64,000 nucleotides of DNA from positions 105,154 through 169,153 of the forward strand of contig CALWHF010000002.1 of NCBI GenBank assembly GCA_944380305.1. The letters run 5' to 3'. Below are positions 13,525 through 23,380 of this stretch, piece after piece (position 1 is the first letter of the stretch; each line of letters opens with the position of its first letter). Position numbers and translations under genes: made by a program. The DNA is from an uncultured Christensenellaceae bacterium (GTDB taxonomy: Bacteria; Bacillota; Clostridia; Christensenellales; UBA3700). The notes beneath the pieces were generated by a model. It made no database searches. It was not told the origin of the DNA and was given only the letters and a program-made list of their open reading frames with translations.

Positions 13525-14170
13525 ACTTGCTGACGAAGTAGTCGAACAGCAGTTCGTCGCTGTACTCGAGCTGTCCCGTCATCTTGAGAGTGCACTGCCT
13601 GATATATTCGCGGCAGCTCTTCTCCATAACGCGAATTATCTCGAACGCTTCGTCCATATCCTTGCCGGCACAAAAGACGCCGTGATTTGCCATAAAGCAT
13701 GCGTTTCTGCCCTTCATCGCGGCAACGGTGCCCTCTTTGATCTTCTTCGTTCCCGGCAATCCGTACGCGCCCACTCTCGCAGGACCTCCTACGAGTTTCT
13801 GCATTTCGTCGCTCATAACGGGCAGTTCGATACGCGCCGACGCAAGCACGGAGCACCATACGGGGTGAGAATGTATCGTCGCGTTTATCTCCGGTCTGTC
13901 AGCCATGATAGCCGCGTGTATCTTCCTTTCGCTGGTCGGTTTCTTACCGTCGCTCCATACCGAAGTATCGCTGATCTGCACTACGGGCATGTCCTCGGGC
14001 TGAAGAGCCACATAGTCTAGTCCCGTCGGAGTGACGAGCATATGGTCTTCGTCGAGCCTGACCGCGGTATTGCCCCAGGTACCCTGCACGAGGTTTTCCT
14101 TGAGCAGATTGACACCGCTGTCTTTGATGACTTTGCGCAGTCTTATTTCTTCATCTTTGGTCCACGCCAT
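13514..14170 (-). CDS. Class II aldolase/adducin-family protein
   Basis: 218 aa. TPTGLDY and ATIHSHPVWCSV fit the zinc-ligand region typical of the FucA/AraD fold. Confidence 0.8.
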   Translation of the reverse strand: MAWTKDEEIRLRKVIKDSGVNLLKENLVQGTWGNTAVRLDEDHMLVTPTGLDYVALQPEDMPVVQISDTSVWSDGKKPTSERKIHAAIMADRPEINATIHSHPVWCSVLASARIELPVMSDEMQKLVGGPARVGAYGLPGTKKIKEGTVAAMKGRNACFMANHGVFCAGKDMDEAFEIIRVMEKSCREYIRQCTLKMTGQLEYSDELLFDYFVSKYGK

Positions 14171-14171
14171 A

Positions 14172-14801
14172 TTATTCGCCCTCCCTCTTTGAAATATTTT
14201 CCTGATTGACTTTGCTGTATTTCTTTTGATATATGATGTTCATCAGCTTGGCTTCGACGCAGTTGATCGTCTTGTTCCCGCCGATAACACTGCCGCACAC
14301 ATAAGCGTGACTCGCCTTGTCGAGCACCAATGCGCATGTATAAGCCTCATCCATCGTTCTGCCCGTGGTCAGCGCGCCGCCTCCCGGAACGAGGACCGAA
14401 TTTCTCTTTTTAAGCTCTCCCACAAGTGCGTCGGTAGTCGCGCTTTTACTCGTTCTGCAATTAAGTCCGACGATCTGAGTCATATCGTCAAGCACCGCCG
14501 GTATCGTCGCTTTTGCTCTCGCGACCGCACATACGAAAGGCGCGTGAGTATACAGAACTGCGTGCACTTCGGGTCTTTTAGCGAGTATTCGTGCTATAAC
14601 TATATAATCCTTATCTTCGGTATCGAGAGGCATCTCGATCAGGTTTTCCTCCTTGAGCACGTCGAGAGCGACTTTTGCGTCGTTTACGCAGAAACCGTTT
14701 TTTGTACGCATAGCGATACGGTCTCCTTTGCCGTTCATACCCTCTGCGACGATCTTAGCCGCATAGTCGAGTACGGTGTCTTTAATCTTTTTTTCAATCA
14801 T
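14172..14801 (-). CDS. Class II aldolase/adducin-family protein (second paralog)
   Basis: 209 aa with HAVLYTHAPFVCAV. Lies 1 nt upstream of the previous aldolase gene. Confidence 0.8.
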   Translation of the reverse strand: MIEKKIKDTVLDYAAKIVAEGMNGKGDRIAMRTKNGFCVNDAKVALDVLKEENLIEMPLDTEDKDYIVIARILAKRPEVHAVLYTHAPFVCAVARAKATIPAVLDDMTQIVGLNCRTSKSATTDALVGELKKRNSVLVPGGGALTTGRTMDEAYTCALVLDKASHAYVCGSVIGGNKTINCVEAKLMNIIYQKKYSKVNQENISKREGE

Positions 14802-16335
14802 TATCGTTTCCTCCGAATCTTAATGCGTTTGCCTTATAATAAGTTCTCTTGAGGCTCTTGAAGAGTCTCTTGTAAGTCGCAAACATCTCTTCGTAAATAT
14901 GAGCGTTCACGGGATTGGGACGGTATGTCTTGTTCTCCTTTACGAATTGCTTAGCCGCTTCGAAATTCTCGAGTTCGCCGAGGCCTATCAACGCGATGAT
15001 TGCCGCACCGAGCGCACCCGCGTTGCGAGGATTGTCCACGATCGCGAATTCCGCACCCGTTATATCCGCTATTATCTGCATCCATGCGTTATCCAGCGCG
15101 CCTCCGCCGATTATGCGGAATTGTCTGCAATGAAAACCGTAGTCCTTTTCGAAATTTTCGAGTATCCATCTCAGATTGTAACCTATCCCCTCGTATACGG
15201 CTCTCATAAGATGCTCTCTCGTATGCTCGGGACCTATGTTGAACAGCGTCGCACGGGTCGTGGTTGTGCTTACGGGGCATCTCTCTCCGAGCATCCACGG
15301 AGTGCAGATCAGATGATTGCTGCCCGCAGGTATGCTCTCGATAACCTTATCCATATACGCATATATGCCTTCGCCCAGTTCTTTCTGTTCCGTGCGGAAG
15401 AACTGGTCGATAAGCCATTGGATATTGCTGCCCGCAGCCTCGGTTATGCCGACGACGAGATTCATATTGACGTCCGCACTCTGGATTGCAGCCGCACCGT
15501 GTTTGAATGCTGTCTGGTTCTTGCTTGCCGCTCCTACCCACGCCGACGTGCCCAGATAAATATGTATATCTCCGTCTCCGTTCATACCGGAACCGACGCA
15601 CGCGCTCTGGGTATCGTCGCAACCTCCGAATACCGCGGTACCTTCTTCGAGTCCCATTCTCTCTGCGGCTTCCTTCGTCAGCCCTGCGCCTATCTTGTCT
15701 GTGCTCTTGACGAGCGGCGGAAGTTTGCTCATATCGAGCCCGGTCAGCGAAAGCACAGAAAGCCATGTCTTCTTCTTAAGGTCAAGCCCGTAACTGGACG
15801 CGCCGCTGTATTCCGCAACCATTTCGCCGGTACATTTGTATTTCAAAAATCCGTTTACGTCGAGGAAATACTTTGTATTGTTATAGACGTCGGGACGTTC
15901 TTCTTTGAGCCATATAAGTTTTGCTATGACGTCCTTGCCCATGATCGGCGTGCCTGCGACCAGTTTGAAGAGCCTTTTGCCTCCGAGCTTTCTCATTATC
16001 GAACGCGCCTGTTTTTCAGCCCTGCCGTCAACCCATGTGATATTGTTGTGAAGCACGTTTCCCCACTGGTCGATCGGTATAATGCCCATCGCCTGCGTCG
16101 AAAAGACTATGCCTTTGACATCTTCGGGAGCTATGTTTTTCTCTTCGACGAGTTTTTTAGTTGCCGTGCAAACGGCATTCCAGTATTCTTTGGGATCCTG
16201 CTCTACAAAACCGGGACTCGGATAATATGTAGGATACGGTTCGGTTTTCGTTCCCACGATATGTCCGTCGAAATCAACGAGTACGGCTTTGTCCGAACTG
16301 GTGCCCATATCGTGCGCGATGATATATCTTGCCAT
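14794..16335 (-). CDS. FGGY-family carbohydrate kinase
   Basis: MARYIIAHDMGTSSDKAVLVD...; the C-terminal region IIGGGALDNAWMQIIADI is FGGY-like. ATG 16335 follows GAGGAGAG. Confidence 0.85.
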   Translation of the reverse strand: MARYIIAHDMGTSSDKAVLVDFDGHIVGTKTEPYPTYYPSPGFVEQDPKEYWNAVCTATKKLVEEKNIAPEDVKGIVFSTQAMGIIPIDQWGNVLHNNITWVDGRAEKQARSIMRKLGGKRLFKLVAGTPIMGKDVIAKLIWLKEERPDVYNNTKYFLDVNGFLKYKCTGEMVAEYSGASSYGLDLKKKTWLSVLSLTGLDMSKLPPLVKSTDKIGAGLTKEAAERMGLEEGTAVFGGCDDTQSACVGSGMNGDGDIHIYLGTSAWVGAASKNQTAFKHGAAAIQSADVNMNLVVGITEAAGSNIQWLIDQFFRTEQKELGEGIYAYMDKVIESIPAGSNHLICTPWMLGERCPVSTTTTRATLFNIGPEHTREHLMRAVYEGIGYNLRWILENFEKDYGFHCRQFRIIGGGALDNAWMQIIADITGAEFAIVDNPRNAGALGAAIIALIGLGELENFEAAKQFVKENKTYRPNPVNAHIYEEMFATYKRLFKSLKRTYYKANALRFGGNDND

Positions 16336-16436
16336 CTTTTTCTCTCCTCGCTTATTGAATGTATATAAACGCAAAAAGGGTTGCGCACCTTTTCGGTGTG
16401 CAACCCGTCCACTCGGGATATTCTATCCTCTTCAGC

Positions 16437-18020
16437 TTATTTCTTTGCCGCCGCCTTAGAAGCTTCTTTCTTAGCGCGGTATTCCGCAACCTGCTGCTCC
16501 ATCGGGACAGTACGTTCCTTGACAAGCTTGAACACGTCTTCAAAACGGTTGAGTGCATCGTCTATGATCTCGTCGGTATCCGCCATCGAAGTATACAGGC
16601 GGCTACCCGCGAGAGTCACAATGCCGTGAGACATATATGCCGCACCCATGTGCTCCATCGCCTCTTTTCTGACCATGATCATGTCCTTCTTCTTGAGGAC
16701 CTTGAGCAGGTTGAGGATGTTCATCGACGAGAAGTCGTAGCTCATTGCGCCCGTGCACTCGAGGTGGACGATAGAACCTTGGTTGTACGCGACGTACGGG
16801 AGCTTGTACGCTTCGATAAGTCTTACGAGACCGTCGGTCAGTCTGTTGCCTGCAAGACCTGCCTTGACGCAAGCATTGTTCTTAGCAATCTCTTTGATCG
16901 CAACGTATCCTGCCATCGCGGAGAGCGGGTTTGCCGCGAGCGTACCGCCGACGTATGCTTTCTTTGCGCCGCCGGCAACACCAGCCGCCATAAGGTTGAC
17001 GAACTCTCTCTTGCCGCCTACGCCGCCTGCCGCGGGATAACCGCCCGCAACTATCTTACCGAATACGGTGAGGTCGGGCTTTACGTTGAACAGACCCTGC
17101 GCGCCACCGAGACCTACGCGGAAACCGGTAACGACTTCGTCGAAGATGAACAGACAGCCGTATTTGTCGCACAAAGCTCTGACTTTTGCATTGTAATCCC
17201 AATCTACGGGTCTGGTGCCGGATTCGGGTCCGACAGGCTCAACGATAACCGCCGCCGTGCCTCCTCTCATCTTGTTGAGTTTGAGATAAGTCTCGAGCAT
17301 TTCGCAATCGTTAGGTCTTACTTCGTCGACGACGGAGAAGATGTTGTTGGGGATACCGTGCGACTCGAGGAACTGTCTCGTGCCGGGCACCTTGAGTCCG
17401 TAAACCATCTGATCCGACCAGCCGTGGTATGCACCGCCGATCTTGATGATCCTCTTGTTCTTGGTTGCGCATCTCGCGATACGGATAGCCGCCATGACGG
17501 ATTCGGTACCGCTGCCGAGCATACGGAATTTCTCAACGTTAGGCATGTGCTTGTTGATCTCTTTCGCAATCAGAAGTTCAGCCTCGTGGAAAAGACCGGT
17601 AACGGGACCGCATTCCTTGATCAGCTTTATCGCCTCGTCCCTTACCGCGGGGAAGTTGCTTCCCAGTATCGTGGGACCGCCCGCCTGAAGGAAATCGATA
17701 TACTCGTTACCGTCAATGTCGGTCAGGTAAGCACCCTCTGCTTTGACCATACACATCGGGAAAGGCTTGTTGAATGCAAGGTTGTGCTGAACTCCGCCGG
17801 GGATATATTCTTTCGCCTCGGCAGTGATCGCTTTGGATTTGGCGCACTTTTTGTCGAAGTACTCAGATACTATCTTGTTGTACTCGTCCTTGGGAACGCT
17901 GTAGATGTTTGCATCGGTAAGCTGCTTGAGACTTTCGTTGATCTCTTTGGCGTTAGCCCATCTGGTGACGCCGTAACCTGCTTCCTGTTTGCCCTTGAGT
18001 TCGGTATATGTAACCTTCAT
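16437..18020 (-). CDS. Class III (PLP) aminotransferase, glutamate-1-semialdehyde aminomutase-like
   Basis: 527 aa with GSGTESVMAAIRIAR, IFDEVVTGFR and TVFGKIVAGGYP, the last holding the Lys for PLP. Confidence 0.85.
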   Translation of the reverse strand: MKVTYTELKGKQEAGYGVTRWANAKEINESLKQLTDANIYSVPKDEYNKIVSEYFDKKCAKSKAITAEAKEYIPGGVQHNLAFNKPFPMCMVKAEGAYLTDIDGNEYIDFLQAGGPTILGSNFPAVRDEAIKLIKECGPVTGLFHEAELLIAKEINKHMPNVEKFRMLGSGTESVMAAIRIARCATKNKRIIKIGGAYHGWSDQMVYGLKVPGTRQFLESHGIPNNIFSVVDEVRPNDCEMLETYLKLNKMRGGTAAVIVEPVGPESGTRPVDWDYNAKVRALCDKYGCLFIFDEVVTGFRVGLGGAQGLFNVKPDLTVFGKIVAGGYPAAGGVGGKREFVNLMAAGVAGGAKKAYVGGTLAANPLSAMAGYVAIKEIAKNNACVKAGLAGNRLTDGLVRLIEAYKLPYVAYNQGSIVHLECTGAMSYDFSSMNILNLLKVLKKKDMIMVRKEAMEHMGAAYMSHGIVTLAGSRLYTSMADTDEIIDDALNRFEDVFKLVKERTVPMEQQVAEYRAKKEASKAAAKK

Positions 18021-18278
18021 TGTAAGACCTCCTGTTATCTATACAAAGTCATTATGTATAGTTTAACACTTTTCGCGCGCGTAGTCAATGGTTAATTTTG
18101 CAGGCCGATAACCAATTTTCATGCCTTTTGCCATTTATTTATCACTATGCTTCCATTTGAGTATTATAATACGATTTTTTTTGTTATGTACGAAAATCGC
18201 AAAATTAGTTTCGGCTTTTTATTGTTCGCCGAGTTATACCTATGCTATAATTAGTATATCAAATCGCGGGGAGAAATT

Positions 18279-19553
18279 ATGGAAAAAGTCAAACGTGAAA
18301 ACGCAAAATTCGTAATTGAATTTACAAAAGAAGTCATAGACCGCACGGGTCCGCGTCTTCCTACGTCGCCTGAGGAAAAACTGGGCGCGGAAATGATCGC
18401 CGAAAAAATGGAACAGACTTGCGGAAAACCGAGCGTGACCGAAAAGTTCGTATGCGCGCCGCGCGCTTCGATCGCCGCTATCCCGATACTCGGATTCATC
18501 GGCATAATCGCATTCGGTCTGTACTACATATCGCCGATAGCGAGTCTGCTTGCAACGGTGTTCGATTTCGTACTTGCAGCCCTTCAGGTATTCACATATT
18601 CGGGCAAGCTCGACTGCCTTTTCAAAAAAGGCGAGTCTCAGAACGTCTACAACTCGATCGAGCCCGCCGGCGGCAAAACCGAACGCACGATCGTGCTCGC
18701 AGGTCATATGGACAGCAGCTGGAACTGGAATTTGTCTCTGACCAATCCTAAAACGGCAATTCCCAAAACCGTCATAGGCGTAGTCAGCATTTTCGCACTG
18801 ATGATTACCTCTCTCGTCGCAGCGTGCGTCGGCAATCTCAGTTTCATGTCGATAAAAGAGCTGGCAACGGCCGAAAGCTACACGGGCATGCAAATTTTCA
18901 GAATAATTCTATATTTCCTTCCTCTGCTTTATCTTCCCGGTTGCTACTGGCTGAGCATCTATCTTTCGTGGGACAAAAACAAAGCTTCTCCCGGCGCAAT
19001 GGACAACCTTACAGGCTGCGCTCTCGCAATAGCGGTTACGGGTTATTTCAAGAAAAACCCCGATAAAGCACCGGAAAACTGCCGCATAATCTGCATGGGA
19101 TTCGGCAGTGAAGAGGCAGGACTCAAAGGCTCTATGGCTTTCTGCGAAAAGCACGGAAAAGACGGCTTTTTCGACGACCGCACATACGTCCTCAATCTCG
19201 ATTCCTTCAGAGACGCAGATTACTTCAACGTGGTCAAAGGAGACGCATGGCTCGGCTCAACGTTTGACAAAGGACTGACCGAGGTCTGTTTCAAAACAAT
19301 GGAAAATATGGGGCTCGATCCCGACGTCATCAAAAATCCCGCGGGCGGTTGCGATTCTACTCCGCTGACGCGGATCGGCGTCAAGACCGTCACCCTCAAC
19401 GCACAGAACCCGACGACCACCGACTACTACCACACCATCAAAGATACCGTGGAAAATCTCGACGAGGACGTGCTCGCGACTTCTTTCGAACTGCTTGTAA
19501 AAACAGTTGAAGACGTAGCGAAATACGACGACAGCCTGCACGACAAAAACTGA
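18279..19553 (+). CDS. Membrane-associated M28-family metallopeptidase
   Basis: 424 aa. Internal hydrophobic segments interrupt a peptidase fold (VLAGHMDSSW, GFGSEEAGLKGS). Confidence 0.72.
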   Translation: MEKVKRENAKFVIEFTKEVIDRTGPRLPTSPEEKLGAEMIAEKMEQTCGKPSVTEKFVCAPRASIAAIPILGFIGIIAFGLYYISPIASLLATVFDFVLAALQVFTYSGKLDCLFKKGESQNVYNSIEPAGGKTERTIVLAGHMDSSWNWNLSLTNPKTAIPKTVIGVVSIFALMITSLVAACVGNLSFMSIKELATAESYTGMQIFRIILYFLPLLYLPGCYWLSIYLSWDKNKASPGAMDNLTGCALAIAVTGYFKKNPDKAPENCRIICMGFGSEEAGLKGSMAFCEKHGKDGFFDDRTYVLNLDSFRDADYFNVVKGDAWLGSTFDKGLTEVCFKTMENMGLDPDVIKNPAGGCDSTPLTRIGVKTVTLNAQNPTTTDYYHTIKDTVENLDEDVLATSFELLVKTVEDVAKYDDSLHDKN

Positions 19554-19573
19554 AAACGTCGGATATTCAGCGA

Positions 19574-19602
19574 AAAAGACGGGGACTTCCCCGTCTTTTC
19601 TT
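19574..19602. terminator. Bidirectional terminator between convergent genes
   Basis: GACGGGG-actt-CCCCGTC hairpin flanked by an A-run and a T-run. Confidence 0.55.
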
Positions 19603-19617
19603 GTTTATGCTTTTAAT

Positions 19618-20079
19618 TTATTCCGCATCCTCGGCATAGGCAAGAATATCGTCGTAACAAGCCGAAATCTGCGTAGTGACGACCTCGAGCATCGCCTTCG
19701 CCTGCTCTTCCTGCTCGCAATCGTCGCCTACCAGCACCTGACAGTAGCGATGATATATTTGTCTGTAAGGCTCGTATACCTGAAACGTACCTATCACGAC
19801 GTGTCTGAGATTATAGTCGTTGAGTTCGCGTCCGCACGGTCCCAGATTATCCTTTGAAAGATTGAGAGCGACCGTCGTGAAAACCTGCAACGCAGGCACG
19901 CCAAGCTCTTCGAAGTCTATGAAATTCACTTCGGCAATCGCGCTCCCTTCTTTTGTATCCCCGAGTCCCGTCAACGTGACTTTGAGCACGGGCACTCCTC
20001 TGACCTCTGTCAGCAAAGTATCCAGCCTCGCCTTTTTCAGATAATCCTGCAGTTTTTCGAGTAGTTCAGTCTGTGTCAT
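19618..20079 (-). CDS. Hypothetical cytoplasmic protein (possibly YbjN-like)
   Basis: ATG 20079 (MTQTELLEKLQDYLKK...) follows GGAGAAAGAC. 153 aa. The family call is weak. Confidence 0.55.
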   Translation of the reverse strand: MTQTELLEKLQDYLKKARLDTLLTEVRGVPVLKVTLTGLGDTKEGSAIAEVNFIDFEELGVPALQVFTTVALNLSKDNLGPCGRELNDYNLRHVVIGTFQVYEPYRQIYHRYCQVLVGDDCEQEEQAKAMLEVVTTQISACYDDILAYAEDAE

Positions 20080-20126
20080 GTCTTTCTCCGTATATCCTGA
20101 TTCCGGATCGCTCCGCTCCGTACTGA

Positions 20127-20432
20127 TTATTTCTCCGACGCTTCGATGTAAAAACTTACCGGTCTGAAACCGTCGTTGCACGAGATCATCGCCGAACAGG
20201 GATCTTTCATCCAGCCGTCGTAAAAATTGCCGCCGCCTTTCGACAGCTCCTCAACGAAATACCTCATACTCTCCCACGCGCTTTCGCATAATCCGTCGGG
20301 TCTTCTGCCGTCGACGGATACAAACGTATCGCCTTCGGAAAGGTCGCACGCGTGCTTTATCGGGTTTTCATATCCGGCGATCAGGTCGTCGTAACGTGCC
20401 TTTCTCAGAACCGTTATCCTGACTTGTTTCAT
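20127..20432 (-). CDS. Small Cys-containing conserved protein (TIGR04076-like)
   Basis: 101 aa: MKQVRITVLRKARYDDL...CDLSEGDTF...GLCESAWESM. Family recalled from memory. Confidence 0.6.
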   Translation of the reverse strand: MKQVRITVLRKARYDDLIAGYENPIKHACDLSEGDTFVSVDGRRPDGLCESAWESMRYFVEELSKGGGNFYDGWMKDPCSAMISCNDGFRPVSFYIEASEK

Positions 20433-20492
20433 AATCCGATTATAACATACGTTTTACTGTACCGCAACGGCAAAACGTCTGCCCGAGCTTTT

Positions 20493-21068
20493 CTAAATAA
20501 AATATATCATTCCCGCGGCAGCCGAAACGAGTATTGTGGCAATCGGCGGCATGCTCTTCTTTTTGACGAACCTGTATATTATCATCGTCGCGCCGACTAT
20601 CGCAAAGATTATCAAAGCGTGCCAGTTGAACTCTCCCCTGACGTCGAAGTCGTTATAATTCGCATACAGGCATTTGACGACCAGCAGAAGACCCGTAGAG
20701 ATTATCAGTCCCCATATCACGGGAGTTATCCCTTCGAACGCCGCCTTGACGTATTTGTTCTTCGCGAAATTTTTGAATACGGTAGCTATTATAAGGATGA
20801 TGCAGAACGCAGGCAGAACGATGCTGATCGTCGCGACGAGACTGCCGAGGAATCCTGCCTGGTTGCTTCCGATAAACGTTGCTATATTGACCGCGATAGG
20901 TCCCGGAGTCGATTCCGCTATCGCTATGTAGTTCCACAATGCGTCGGCGTCGAGCCAGCCGCGGGACGTGACCTCCTGCTGTATCAGCGCGATCATTCCG
21001 TAACCGCCGCCGAACGACACCGCACCTATCTTGAGGAATACGAGGAAGAGTTCGAGGTAGATGTTCAT
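20493..21068 (-). CDS. chrA: Chromate transporter family protein (second half-size subunit)
   Basis: 191 aa, polytopic, with FLKIGAVSFGGGYGMIALIQ and ESTPGPIAVN motifs. Confidence 0.85.
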   Translation of the reverse strand: MNIYLELFLVFLKIGAVSFGGGYGMIALIQQEVTSRGWLDADALWNYIAIAESTPGPIAVNIATFIGSNQAGFLGSLVATISIVLPAFCIILIIATVFKNFAKNKYVKAAFEGITPVIWGLIISTGLLLVVKCLYANYNDFDVRGEFNWHALIIFAIVGATMIIYRFVKKKSMPPIATILVSAAAGMIYFI

Positions 21069-21976
21069 GCTTCGTCGCCCTCCTTGCCGTTTCCGTCCGT
21101 CACGACCTCGGAATCATATTCCGAAGAGCGATCGCCTTCTGATGGTTTCCCTTCGGTATTTTGGATTTTTTCCGTATCCGTGTGCGTTTTATCCGCATTT
21201 TCGTCTTTTGCGTTCTGACCGCCTGAAACTGCGCGCCCGAGTTCTTCGCCTATTCCGTACGAGTAATTTCCGTCACGACAGACTATCTTCGACGCAAGTC
21301 CCGTCTCCGCGTCGCGCGACCCGACGCTTGCGTCGCCTCCGTTATCGACGCTTTCCGTATCGGCTTTCTCCGACCCGCCGTCTCCGCCTTTTTTCTTAGC
21401 CGCAACGTCTCTGATTATCTGCAACGCAATGCCGAGAGCCGCGCCGATGAGTATCAGATATATCGTCGAAAAATCCAGCGAAAATATGTCTATGCAGGTC
21501 GCCGCGCCGAACGTGACGAGGAACACTCCTATGCCGAAAGCGTTTTTCTTCCCTTTGCGTATCATGTTCACTCCGGCGACGGTGATCATTATCGATATGC
21601 CGACCTTTATCCCCTCGAACGCATACGCGACGGCTGTCAACGCCATGAAAGCGTCGTAAAATACCGAGATCAGATATATTATCGCAAACGACGGAATACA
21701 GACCGCGAGGGTCGCGAGAAAAGATCCGACAATCCCCATTATCTTGTACCCGACGAATGTCGCGCAGTTTATCGCGATCGGACCGGGAGTGGATTCCGCT
21801 ATCGCTATTATTTCGTAGAGTTCCACTTCGTTTATCCATTTTTTGCGCACGACGAATTCGCGCTCTATCAGCGCGATCATCGCATATCCGCCTCCGAATG
21901 TGAACAGCCCTATCTTGAAATAACTCAAAAACAGGGTCAAAGCCAGTTTGACCCTGTCAGCGGCGATCTTTTTCAT
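21065..21976 (-). CDS. chrA: Chromate transporter family protein (first half-size subunit) with acidic low-complexity C-terminal tail
   Basis: FKIGLFTFGGGYAMIALIE and ESTPGPIAIN motifs. The last 110 aa or so are D/E/G/S/T-rich. Overlaps the next gene by 4 nt. Confidence 0.85.
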   Translation of the reverse strand: MKKIAADRVKLALTLFLSYFKIGLFTFGGGYAMIALIEREFVVRKKWINEVELYEIIAIAESTPGPIAINCATFVGYKIMGIVGSFLATLAVCIPSFAIIYLISVFYDAFMALTAVAYAFEGIKVGISIMITVAGVNMIRKGKKNAFGIGVFLVTFGAATCIDIFSLDFSTIYLILIGAALGIALQIIRDVAAKKKGGDGGSEKADTESVDNGGDASVGSRDAETGLASKIVCRDGNYSYGIGEELGRAVSGGQNAKDENADKTHTDTEKIQNTEGKPSEGDRSSEYDSEVVTDGNGKEGDEA

Positions 21977-23319
21977 CTGTCTCCCAGTGATTTATAATCT
22001 CTGATCTCCACAATATCTTTATACGCGGGACGTATTATCTTATCCGCATTGATCAGTTCTTCGAGTCTGTGCGCAGACCAGCCGACTATACGCGCTATCG
22101 CGAACATCGGAGTGTACAGTTCTTTCGGCACTCCCAGCATACTGTAAGCGAAGCCGCTGTAAAAATCCACGTTTGCGGAAACGCCTTTGTATATCCTGCG
22201 CTCGTTTGCTATCGCCTTCGCCGAGAGCCTCTCTACCGTTTCGTAGAAGGAATACAGCTTGCTCTTCCCTTTTGACTTCGACAGATCTCCCACGAAACGC
22301 TTGAACACCTGCGCCCTCGGGTCTGAAAGCGAATAGACCGCGTGTCCCATGCCGTATATAAGTCCCTTTTGGTCAAAGACTTCTTTGCGCAGTATCCTGA
22401 TCAGATACGCGTAGATCTCGTCCTCGTCCTCGAGATCGCGGACATGCTCTCTGATATGTTTCATCATCTGCACGACCTTGAGGTTCGCCCCGCCGTGCTT
22501 AGGTCCTTTGAGCGATGCGAGAGCCGCAGAAATAGCTGAATATGTATCCGTGCCCGAAGACGTAACGACCCTCGTCGTAAAAGTCGAGTTGTTGCCGCCG
22601 CCGTGCTCCATATGAAGTATCAGCGCGAGGTCGAGCACTTTGGCTTCGAGCTCCGAAAACTTCGTATCGGGTCTCAGCATTCTCAGAAAGTTCTGCGCCG
22701 TGCTGAGTTTTGGATCGGGATGGTGTATGTAGAGACTTTCGTCACAAAGATAATGATTGTATGCCTGATAACCGTATACGCTGAGCATAGGAAACACGCT
22801 TATCAGCATAAGGCACTGCCGTATCACGTTGTGCACGCTGATGTCGTCCGCCTTTTTATCGTACGATCCCAGAGTCAGTACGCTCCGAGACAAACTCATC
22901 ATCATATCCTTGCTGGGTGCTTTCAGAATGACGTCCTTCGTGAAATTGCGCGGAAGCTTGCGGAAATCCGTAAGCGTATGCGTAAATTCTTCGAGCTGCT
23001 CCTTGTCTGGCAGGTCACCCATAAGGAGAAGATACGCTATCTCTTCGAAACCGTATCTGTCGTCTTTTATCAACCCGTCTACCAGCCCGTCTATACTGTA
23101 TCCGCGGTAATAGAGTTCGCCCTCGCACGGTACAAGCTGCCCGTCGACTTCTTTCGAGGAAACAATTTTGGAAATGTTTGTAATACCCGCGACCACGCCC
23201 TGTCCCGATTTATCGCGCAGACCGCGCTTGACGTGAAAGTGGTCGTAAAGAGAAGTATCGAGAGGGTAACTTTCAAGGCATTGCTTTTCGTATTTGTCCA
23301 ATATCGCCTTATCTGTCAT
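21973..23319 (-). CDS. Citrate synthase family protein
   Basis: HMEHGGGNNSTF, LKGPKHGGAN and GMGHAVY motifs. ATG 23319 follows AGGAGGTAACC. Confidence 0.9.
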   Translation of the reverse strand: MTDKAILDKYEKQCLESYPLDTSLYDHFHVKRGLRDKSGQGVVAGITNISKIVSSKEVDGQLVPCEGELYYRGYSIDGLVDGLIKDDRYGFEEIAYLLLMGDLPDKEQLEEFTHTLTDFRKLPRNFTKDVILKAPSKDMMMSLSRSVLTLGSYDKKADDISVHNVIRQCLMLISVFPMLSVYGYQAYNHYLCDESLYIHHPDPKLSTAQNFLRMLRPDTKFSELEAKVLDLALILHMEHGGGNNSTFTTRVVTSSGTDTYSAISAALASLKGPKHGGANLKVVQMMKHIREHVRDLEDEDEIYAYLIRILRKEVFDQKGLIYGMGHAVYSLSDPRAQVFKRFVGDLSKSKGKSKLYSFYETVERLSAKAIANERRIYKGVSANVDFYSGFAYSMLGVPKELYTPMFAIARIVGWSAHRLEELINADKIIRPAYKDIVEIRDYKSLGDR

Positions 23320-23380
23320 GGTTACCTCCTTTGCCTCTCGGCAAAAATATTTTTTCGGCTGAGCCGTTTTTATCTCAAAA

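Noticed and set aside
14899-18095. 489-aa and 578-aa plus-strand ORFs antisense to the FGGY kinase and aminotransferase genes
   Set aside because: Shadow ORFs with low-complexity Arg/Leu/Val-rich translations. The opposite strand has clear family motifs and RBSs.
20352-21218. 288-aa plus-strand ORF across the TIGR04076-like and chrA genes
   Set aside because: It spans two real minus-strand genes and an intergenic gap. There is no RBS and no motifs.
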